Shown piece by piece: positions 53,022-63,557 of a stretch of 63,557 bases of DNA. Within the stretch, counting starts at the first letter, position 1. Each line of letters opens with the position of its first letter. The notes under the pieces were generated by a model. It saw only the letters and a program-made list of their open reading frames with translations, had not been told where the DNA came from and did not search any database. Source of the stretch: Geosiphon pyriformis uo1 (Eukaryota > Fungi > Glomeromycota); assembly GCA_016748015.1 (NCBI GenBank), contig JAAOMT010000466.1, positions 26,222-89,778 of the forward strand, written 5' to 3'. The translations under genes were made by a program, and so were the position numbers.

Positions 53022-53352
53022 ATTACTGGTAAAGGATTCCCTAGAATAACAGCTAAAACAGAGAAAGGAGATTTGTGAGAGATATATTTATTTTTATAAA
53101 TTTTTGCAAACTATCTTATTATTCCTAATAATTAAATTTAAAAATCCTTCATATGATAACCATACTTTTTCGGGTATATACAATCTAACAACAAAAAAGG
53201 GTGATATTCTTATCAAATATCTAGATGCTATAAGTTTTCAAAAGCAATATACCAAGAAAAAATTTGAGACCCTTTGTACTGTAGGAATTGAAAATCCTAA
53301 CTCAAGCTTAATTGCAGATTCGACTATTGGGAATATTTATATTGAATTTTAG
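53022..53352 (+). pseudogene. 3' part of the same adhesin-like gene
   Basis: ITGKGFPRITAKTEKGDL, a GTGAG donor, then FSGIYNLTTKKGDILI..SSLIADSTIGNIYIEF*. These have the same (T/S)xxGxI beta-repeat pattern as the minus-strand part. Confidence 0.6.
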
Positions 53353-56008
53353 AACTATTATTTTTTGTATTAAGTATTCTTATAAAAATTACTTTTATTA
53401 CATTTATTGTTATGGTTTTTATTACATAAATTTGCTTCTTCTAAATTATTTATGCCTTTCTAAACTTTTTAAGCATTTGAAGACTTAAAGGATATATCAG
53501 ATTTCGCTTCCATATTAGTGAAAATACGCGTTTTTCAACTGTATAAAATATATAACTAAATTTGAAAATAGGTTTATGAAAGATATTTTCGTGGTTTTAA
53601 ATGCATTGTTAAGAAGTTAAAAAGTGAATGATTTATATTTTTAATTGAATATTTGATAAATTATTGAACATTTTAACAAATCATTAAATATTTTGGCAAA
53701 CTTTTCAATATCACGTAATTTGAGATATTGCATAATCTAATCATAAAATTTATGCATTTGTGGCTGTACAAATCAGAAAAAAAATCTATTAATAATCTGG
53801 CTATGTAATAATTGAAGATTTATTGCTAAAATATAATATAAAACAGTAATGTATGTTAATTAAAAATGGGAATTAAGGAATTAATTTTAGGCTCAAATTT
53901 CAACTGGTAGCAGCATAAAAAACAGAATTAAAAAATCAAATCGAAATAACACATCTTGGTAATAAAGTTTTAATAAACATGTTTTTAAAATAAAAAAAGA
54001 CTTTGCATCCTCAATTTAAATAATAAAAAATTCAAAAATCTATAACAGCGTTAACTATTAGAAATTTTTTACAAAATTTTGTTTTTTTATAATGGTTTAT
54101 TGTGTTTAACAATATATTTTAACAATAATAATAATAAACAACCAAAAAATCGAAAATTTTTACCATATATTTGGCCAATTATATCATCATTTTATTCAAT
54201 TTTTTAAATTGATGTAATTTTATCTGTTATTGGATTAATGATTTGTCAACCAAAACTGATTTTTAAAAATGCACAGTAATATATTATAACAAGATAGTTA
54301 AATTTAATTTAACAACAATAACTCTACTACATACTTGAAAATATTCTTAATATTATCAGAAGATGTGCCAAAAAATGTCGCAAAAATGCAATAGCAACAA
54401 ATAAAAAAATTGATTCTAAAATTTGACAATTTTGAGTTTATTAAAAAAATAATTAACAAGTGTAATTCTGGTGACTGCATTTTAAAAATTTTTAAATGCC
54501 AATTTTATACAAAACAATTTTATATTGTTTTTAGTAACTAAATTAAGCCAATTTTTACTTAAAAAACTTTTGACTATTAATAATAATTTTCTTTTTAATA
54601 AATGTAACAGCAGCAAAAAAAATGTTGTTTAATTTGCGTTTATTTAATAGATTTGTTGCTGTTGTTATTTTATTTTAAAAGAATGTTATTGTTTACAATT
54701 AAATTGGAACTGAATGTTTTTATTGGCATAATTGATAAAAAATAAGATTTGAAAAAAAAACTGGTTTTAAAACAATGGTAACAAAATCAAAGTTCTTAAA
54801 ATATGACAACGATTTTTATTTGATCTTGTATCAATTATACAAAATTCTAATTTTTGGATTCATCTTTATAAACTTTTAGATTTGCTATAGCCATAATGTA
54901 AAGTATTAATTAAACTGCAAAAAATAACTACAAAATTATGTAAATTGTATATTGCTTTGAATAAATTACTAAGATTTTTGTAAATTATTAAGATGAATAT
55001 TTTTTTAATTATATGATTACATAATTAAAAAATTGGTGGTCTTAATAACAACAATCTTTAATTTTATTCCTATATATTTTACATCTAGAATACTAATATT
55101 AGTTAATCTAAAACTCAACCAAATAACAGTATTAAATTAGCTAATTATACACTAACATAGTAAAACACATAATAATCAGCTATAACCAGCTATAACAGAA
55201 AATAGTTAATAATAGCATAGAATAGCAATATATAGCACAGAATAATAGCAGAATTATCTCCAAATAACACTTTATAAAGCCATCATATATTATTAAAAAT
55301 ATGCATAAATACAAATAGTTATAGTAAACAAAAAGAAAAACTCATCAAAAGACTATTAATCTTGTTTTTGAGTTTTGTATTCATCTTTTCTTACATTCAA
55401 ATTAAATATTTCTTACGAATACATAAATTACTCACTTTTGTTTATTATTTAAATTCTTTCTGATGCTTACTGAATGCAATTAGCATTTATTCATTAATAT
55501 CTTGACCAATAGCTCTTGATTATAGCTATTAACAAAATTCTAATCTTTTAATTTTTTTCTTTATTTTCTTGTCTTTTGTTATATCATCTATTAAACAAAT
55601 AAGTGGTGAAATTGACATTAACAATAACGTGAGAGAAGATGCATGGCACCAAGCATATAAAAATTATATTATTGAATTAGATAGTTCCTTAGAAGAGTTT
55701 CTCAATTGAGCTTTGCAAAGCAAGACCCACTCTTATCAAATATTTATTAAAAGCATTTTTCTAGATTATTGCAGAGTAAAAAACTAAAAACCTTCTAAAA
55801 CCTATAATTTTAATTAGCAAAGAAACACAAGTATCCATTTAAAAGTTATATTTTGATGCTTTTTGATGTGTTAAAATTAATAGATTTTATTCTTTTAACT
55901 TCATCGGGGGCTTAAAATAGTAGGCTATAGAATATCCGCAAGTGAAAGTTTCCAAGATAGACAGCACAACATTCAGACAGTGTATAAATAAATTAAATAA
56001 AAGCAAAT

Positions 56009-57030
56009 TTATCTTTTTATGATTTGAAAAACTTCATACTCCTCGACAGAAAAATACACAGTTCCGTTTTCTGATCCAAGTAAAGCATGTTCATAATCAC
56101 TTGCATCTTGACAACAGCAGTGTGAACTATTTTTAAAATCATTGCCATACAATCTAATATTGACACCTCCAAAATAGGGTCCAAAATCTGGCCCACCATA
56201 AGGTCCATAACTTGAAACAAATTTGCTAAGTATAGCATTTTCGGCTTTGTCATCTCCAAGAGAAAAAATAAAACTTCTTTCTCCATTTAGCCGCTGATTC
56301 CTAGAGTGCCAAGATTGTGGGTTAAAGCCACCAATTGTCTGACCAGTTCCTTTCACTTTGATTACGCTAACTGTTGCTCCTTTATCATCGCATAATCGAT
56401 GAAAATCCGCTGGAGTAAATCCGTCTCGACTGCNNNNNNNNNNNNNNNNNNNNNNNNNNNNNNNNNNNNNNNNNNNNNNNNNNNNNNNNNNNNNNNNNNN
56501 NNNNNNNNNNNNNNNNNNNNNNNNNNNNNNNNNNNNNNNNNNNNNNNNNNNNNNNNNNNNNNNNNNNNNNNNNNNNNNNNNNNNNNNNNNNNNNNNNNNN
56601 NNNNNNNNNNNNNNNTTCTAGAATAAGCTCATCAGCGGTAACAAGCAATTCTAAAATGGTAGGTACTCCATGTTTATCAAGAGATATCTCGCCATTATAA
56701 ATATATCTGTGAAAGAAAGTAAAACATATGAATTGATATTGGCTAAAATATTTGAAGTAAATAATACCCTTACCTGAGAATTATTTCAAAAATCTTTGGT
56801 GAAATATTAGGTTTAGGGAATAATATGGTATTATTTTCCCTTTTAATCCAATTGCTAGAGAGTGCGGCAGCAAAATATGGTGATCTTGCTGCTAAAATTT
56901 GGGAATGAGCATGAAAAGTTCTGATATCGGGCGCTTCACCAACTATAATTCTAATATCAGAGAACTGCTGACTGTTAAATAAGTTCCCAAAATCATTAGA
57001 TAAAGCGTGAAAGTGTTGTTGGGGTGACAT
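56009..57030 (-). CDS. BTB/POZ-BACK-TLDc protein, copy D (interrupted by an assembly gap)
   Basis: MSPQQHFHALSNDFG.. exon 1, intron 56707-56773, YIYNGEISLDKHGVPTILELLVTADELILE, N gap 56434-56615, then an intact TLDc ending EYEVFQIIKR*. No lesion in the visible sequence. Confidence 0.8.
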
Positions 57031-58739
57031 TGGTAAAAGATGAGAAGTCTGAGTGAGGTCTTTTTCCCTACGTTCAGTATTTATGCTATTGACACGTGGT
57101 CGTATAGTTGAAGTCACATGTTAATCCGCCCTTTATCGATTGATCGATTAATTCTGAGTCTTTAAAATTCCCCATTATTTTGGTCCTAACTATTTTCCTT
57201 GAGAGATAATTCTCAAGGGACTCTATAACTTGATGCAATCAAATCACCTTTAGAGATTAGAGCCGAATTTTCAGTATTTTTTGATTGATTTAAAGATATT
57301 TTTTGACCTGAACTATCAGCTGAGTTGGTAAAAAAAAAGATGTGGCCTCAAAATCAGTAAAAAAAAGCAAAAAGAAAAATATTATTTAAGTGAAATGAGA
57401 ATACCAAAAATGATATCCCAATAATTTGTAGCACAGATTCCTAAATTAATTCGGTTTCTATATATTGGCCAAAGAAATTATCTATTACTTCTAAGCAATA
57501 AATTCTATCAAAAACTTGAAATTTTTTTTGAATATTTCTCTTACAAATATTTTTAGTTGTGATTAAAAACCGAATTTTTGAAAGATAGCTTGAATCTTAA
57601 GGTTCAACAAAATAAACAAATTTAACTTGAGCCAATAAAGTGGGAGTTTATATTTGCAATTTTAGTATCAATTAAGTAATCAAAATTAGTGTCACCAAAT
57701 ATCCATAAAAACTAAGCATTAAATATTTTATAAATGTTCATTAATTTCAAAGCTTTTACTTTCAATTTTTACAAATACAGTATAATTACTTATTATAATA
57801 CACTCACAAGAGATTCCAAAATAAGTATGGCTTATGCTTTTTTAATACTTAGTTTTCAGCTTAAAAATTTAATAATTAAATATATATTTATAAAATATAG
57901 CCAAATTTTAAACAAGATTAATAATATAAAAACCAGTTTTCATGGTATTTTAAGTACCAAAAATAAATTAAAAATCCAATTCTTAAAAATAAAATCTTTA
58001 GCAATAAATATATATATGTAATTATTAAAAGCAATATTATATAATAACTAATAAATAAGCAAGTTTACAAACAACTTATCAGTTAAAACAATTTATTTAT
58101 TAAAACAGTTATTAATAATTACTATTTTTATCGCAAAATTAAAACTGGACAAAAAGATATAGTTAGAGTTTCTTTAAATTACAATAAATACAATTTACAT
58201 TTAAATACTAAGATTATAAAGTTTTTTTTGTAATAACCAGTAATTTTTTGTAAAAACTTTTTTAAAATAAATATTAAAACCAATAAAATTGTAATTTGAT
58301 AAATTAGTTTTCAGATTGCCATTTATATATTATACTAAAATAGTTTTTATTAGATTAAAATTTCTTGCTAAAGATTTATTTACAAACTAAATAACAATTT
58401 TATTTCTAAAATAAAGTGTATTAAAAAACTATTAACAAAAAAATACTATACTTTAAAAACTATTTATTATACTAACCAAAAAATTGTTCAAAAAACTAAC
58501 AAATAACTTTACAGAATATTAAAGTAAATTTTATAATGTTAACTTAAACTTATAAATTTATTGTTTAGCAAATAAAAAATCTGCGAAAAATATTATCAAT
58601 ATTTGTAAATATTATTACACAAATTATTTTTTTTATAAATTAAATCTGTTTAAACTATACAATAAAGAATAATACAAAATTGGATGTAATAAGTAATTTT
58701 TTTTTAATTCACTTAATTTTAACATAAATAAAAACACAA

Positions 58740-61400
58740 ACTCTTGTGTTTTATGACTACAATTAAAACAAAAAGTAAAAAAACTACATCTGATATCTCT
58801 TCTAAAATATCTAATAAAGTTTTAATCAAAGAAGTTTTCTCTATTATAAAAACAGCTAGACAAAATGTCTTAAAAGCTTTTTTCATAGTTAATAATAGTG
58901 AAAAATTATCGTTAGTGGTCATTATAGCTTTTTTTTTGGCTGGTTTTTTATCAATCAGAGTTTTTTTAAAAAACATACTTGGATTAATTTTAGTGTTGCT
59001 TTTATTTCTTTTAAGAGTTCAAAAGTCTTTAATAAAAAACTAATTACTAAGCTGATCTTTTTTGCTTTTGTTGTTGCTCTTAATACCACTAATATTTCTT
59101 CTTTAATAATAGTCAAAAAAACCAAAAGCTTAAAAAAACAGCAGTAGTTGTTTGCTTTTATTATTGTTATACTAAATCTATTTATGGTTTTTAATAAAAT
59201 TTTAGATGAGATTTTTATTATATTATTTAGTGTATTATCCAAATTAAATCAAGATCAACCACTGGCTGTATTGCTAAATATAATGTCTTTTAACAAATTT
59301 TTGACAGTTTTAAAAGCAAAACAACAATTTTTTGTTAAGTTATTTGTTCTTAAAAACTGGGTTAACCAAATAGAAACTAAATTATTATTATTTTTTTTGG
59401 TTTTTGGTGCTGCTACTAGTAGTGCTTGAAAAGTTATTGTTAATTATTAAAGATTTACTAAGTGAATGATCTTTAATTTAATGCTAATTACTATTTTTAA
59501 GATCAGATTAACTTATATTAAAGCTGTTTTTTAGTTTGTACTTGATTTCTTGAATATAAAATCGATTATAAAAGGCAATATAAAACTTTTTTGTATAAAG
59601 TTTGCTTTTTAATAGTCTTTAAAAACTGTGTTTTTAAGTAAGCTTGAAACTTTTATTTATTTAATCACTTTTAAGATTGCCAAATTTTTAGTAGTTTCTG
59701 AGTTTGGTTTTTTTTTACTGTTGTTGTATTGTATAATATGTTTTTAAATGTATTTATTGCTGATATTAAGATAATTTTTGGTGTTTTTAGTGAAGTTGTT
59801 TATATTGTGCTAAAGTTTATTGATGTTTTACAATATATAGTTGTTTATTTTAAAAAATTAAGTGTTGTTGTATTTATTTTTAATTACTAATCAGTTTTGT
59901 TGAACAAGAATAATATTTAAATAATCTTTTTTGTAAATTAAAAAAAGACAATTTGTCTTATAATAAGTTTAAAGCCAAGTTAATTAACCTTTTTTCGGAC
60001 TATATTGTCTTTAAAATCAATGAAATAATTGTTTAAATTAGTAGTTAAACTTGTTTTATTTCTTGCTTACTTGATTTCGATCATTATTTCTAGTTTGTAC
60101 TAGTTATATTTGGTTCTTAAAGTAATTTAAATACTGTTGTTGCCAAAACTGGTATTCTAAGAAAAAATTACATCTGATAAGAAATTTTTAAAAATTAATG
60201 CTATTTTAAAATGCCAGAATTTGGATTATTTGACTATAAATTATAAAATATTTTTATTCTAGTTGTTTAATCTTTCCAAGATATTTGTGTTTTATTTTGT
60301 TAATACTAAGTTTTATGTTATAGCTGCTATGTCTAAGTTTTATTTAGTTTTTATTTCTTTCATTGGCTTTGTTTTTTTTGCTACAATTATATTCAGTAAT
60401 CTTATGATATCCTTTTAATTAATTTTTTTAAAAGCTAATTTGGCCAAATTTTCTGCATTAATTAAATTTATTGTTAAACTTGTTGATTCTCTAATTATTG
60501 TATTTGAACAATTTGTCAATAATAATATGGTTTTAAGTGAAGCATTTAATCTTAAGATTAATAAAATTTTAGTATATATAAATGTTTTTAACAAAGCTAT
60601 TAATAAGCTAAAACATAAGATAATTGCTTTGAAGACTAAATATAATTATAAGAATATTGAAATAACTAATTGTTAAATGAGTTTGTTTACAATAGATAAT
60701 AATATATTTTTTAATTTGATGTTATTTTAAGAACATAAATCTGTTGCTATAAAAATTAATGCATTAAAAACAGTTAAATTAGTTAATAATAGTGCTATAT
60801 TGTTTAAAATTGTTTAGAAAATGTTTTCTTTGAATAAATTTTCTTTTAAAATATTAGTATAATATAGTTTAAATTAGTTTAAATAGTTAATTATATGTAA
60901 AAAGTACATAAATTATATTTAGCATTGGAATATTTAGTTTGTTCTTAATTTCTAAATAGTAGTTAGATTATATTTATTAATTAAAAAAAAACTTAATATT
61001 TAAATGCATTTTCTTTAAATTAAATTTAAACAAACTTTTTATTAACAAAAAATATTAAAATACTTGGATATTTTTTTATTAATAACAAAAATAAATAAGT
61101 TATCAATATTTAATAAAAATATCTGATTTTTTGGTTAATAAAAATAACCATAGTTTTATCATTATTAATAAAAATATTATTAATCTTAAGTAACTGTTTG
61201 ATTATTTTTAATTCAGATTGTATTATTAATAAATATATTAGCTGTTAAGTAAAAATTTAAATCGAATTAAGTCTTAATTTTATTAATTTTTGCCATAAAC
61301 TTGGTATTAATTTTGTATTTATATAAATTTTTATATCTTTTGACTTTATATATAAAAAAATTATAAAAAATTCTTTAAAACAGTAAAAAAAAACTTTTTT
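58740..61400 (+). mobile_element. Hypermutated non-LTR (LINE) retrotransposon relic: ORF1 plus an RT-thumb fragment
   Basis: A long ghost frame (IFKIRLTYIKAVF*FVLDFLNIKS..FKAKLINL..TCFI). The decayed zinc knuckle CQNLDYLTINY (60212-60244) is C-x4-H-x4-C after CAT>TAT and TGT>TAT. KYLDIFL (~61058) matches the RT KYLG motif after GGT>GAT. Confidence 0.65.
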
Positions 61401-63557
61401 TAATTTAAATTATTATGTACTCTGTAGTTAATTATTAAGTAAAAATTTTTAATTTATTAACTTTATTATTATAAATATTTTACACATTTTAATTTTAATT
61501 GAATTATTTTTTATATAGTACTAACTTATTAAGTTATAAATTTTTTAAATATTATATAAACTAATTACAATTTTTAATTCTTTTTAAAGCATTTTTTATT
61601 ATTGAACTTATCATAAAAATAAGAGATTAAGTTATTATTACAAAAAAAATTAAATTTACTATAAATAAAAAAATCTAATTAGAAAAATATTTCAATTAAA
61701 ACATAAAATAAGTATTTATTAAAACTTATTTCTACTTACACAGTTTAAGAATTATTAATATTTAAATTTTTTTTGTATAATTTAAAAACCAATTTATATA
61801 ACAGACATATATTTAACATATTTAACAACAAACTAAAACAGTATATAACAACTTTTTAAATTAAGCTAATTATTAAAATAATAACTTATTAAATCTTAAA
61901 AACAAATCAAAATTGTCTATTTTGTTAGTAAATTTATTACCATTATTATTAATTTTTCATTTTTAATTTTACTTTTTCTAAATTAAATAACTACAATTTT
62001 GTTATTAATAGACACATTTAAATTTTTATTATTATTATATTATTTACTTAATTTTGCTTAAAAAAAATAATAATAATTTATGTTTTAAATAAAACTGCAA
62101 AACTATATTTAATTTTTTTGTTAACTTATTTATTTGTTTTATAAAGTCAATAAAACTGTATTTTTAATTAACAAATTATAATTTCATATTTTTTAAAACA
62201 AACAAAGAAATTTAATATTTATAGATAAACTAATACTAAGAAAAGCATAAAAAAAAACTTTTGTAACTTAAATTTAAGTTTTTCTATTAAAAAAATAATA
62301 AAATAATAAAAACTTATTTTTTAACATAAATATACAATAATTATTACTTAGCAAGTTTAATAATATTTTTTAATTTGATTGAAAACTTTTTTAACAAAGT
62401 TATAATTTATAGTAATATTTAATTTATTTATATTTAATATAAAAAGACAAAACCAAACTAATTAATACAATTCTACATTTTTGAAAACAAAAACTGTATA
62501 AAAAACATTTTACTGAGATTTTTTAGTTTTAAAACAAATAATTACATATTTTATACAATTGTAAAACACCAGATTTTAATTAATTACATATATTTTATAC
62601 TATATAATACCAAAACATCAAAAAAATTATAAAAAATTGTGTTTATTAACAGAATTCAAAAAATTATTTGACACTAATTTCTTAATATTTATGTTTGTTA
62701 ATATTTCTAATTTTATATTAATATTATTATAAAAGCTGTTAATTTTATTATTCTAAAACACAGAGTTAAAATTCTTATCCGATTCAATTATTTGTATATT
62801 CAAAGAACAAATCCAGAAATCTATTACTAATATTTTAATAACAAGCTTTCTGGTCTTTTTGTCTATTTTATTCGAATATATTTAAGAGTATTTTTCTTTG
62901 CATTAAAATAAGTTTTTTTTTACAATTTTTTAAAGCAGAATTAATTTAGAGTTTTGTTCAGGATTCAAAACATTAACTAATTAAAATAACAAGTACAAAT
63001 GGAAAATGAAGATAACCAATTACAGTTGGGTCTATGAAGAGCTGTCTAAATATAATAGATAGTAAAATAATGCAATGTTTAAATTTTATCAATTAATAAT
63101 AATTAATAATACAAATATATTAAAGAGAGGGAAATTGATATAAATTAAATAAAAATTCATAAAAAATAACCTTTAAAAAAATCAATCATTTGCAAAGTTA
63201 AAACACAACTTGTAAAAATTGGTCGGCAAACAACATCACAATTTCATACTCGAGTGTTTCAGTATTTTGCGTAATCCCATATATTGAACAGATCAGTTTT
63301 AAGTATTCACCTTTATTAATAATATTAATTGTGACAGCTCTTTGAATATTTAACTATCAACAGTGTGTAAAAGTAAAAAAATGATATCATTGTAAATGGA
63401 TAATATACAATAAATAAATAATTAGGTAAATATGAATTATATATATATAATTAATAATACTTTTTTTTACCTCTTTAACACTTCTGAACTGTTCGTTTTT
63501 ATATTTTTATTGCTATTTCATTTTCTCCATATCGTTAATATTCCATTGAACCATGAT

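Noticed and set aside
57031-57117. N-terminal extension MTSTIRPRVN.. of copy D
   Set aside because: It starts at GTG. The ATG shared by all three 5'-complete copies is at 57030.
58719-60676. Ile/Lys/Phe/Leu-rich ORFs as membrane proteins (also 10330, 29495, 31643, 57734)
   Set aside because: Their composition follows from extreme AT content. Those at 58.7-60.7 kb are remnants or antisense frames of the LINE relic.

Overview
This is very AT-rich eukaryotic DNA with GT-AG introns and three N gaps. The gene families (BTB-BACK-TLDc, F-box/LRR, Kelch-TM, DUF4097-like, velvet) point to a Glomeromycotina (arbuscular-mycorrhizal-lineage) fungus. The LINE relic resembles, from memory only, elements of Geosiphon pyriformis. 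Only two genes look fully intact: a BTB-BACK-TLDc gene (15008-16507) and a 5-exon velvet-domain gene (24853-26194) that the ORF track misses. The rest comprises three more BTB-BACK-TLDc copies, pseudogenes (P450, F-box/LRR, RING-H2, Kelch-TM, adhesin-like), a probable Maverick/Polinton-like remnant, a ~6 kb inverted duplication and long AT-eroded transposon relics. Strongest signals: (1) the four BTB-TLDc paralogues have an almost invariant scaffold but a hypervariable, patchwork ~40-codon TLDc segment, suggesting a diversifying Cullin-3 adaptor or recognition system. (2) Duplicated DNA shows block-wise, one-directional C:G>T:A hypermutation in all dinucleotide contexts (RIP-like). (3) An adhesin-like gene is split by a ~1.6 kb inversion that can be rejoined in frame. 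All alignments and counts were done by eye, and family assignments are from motif recognition, not database searches.
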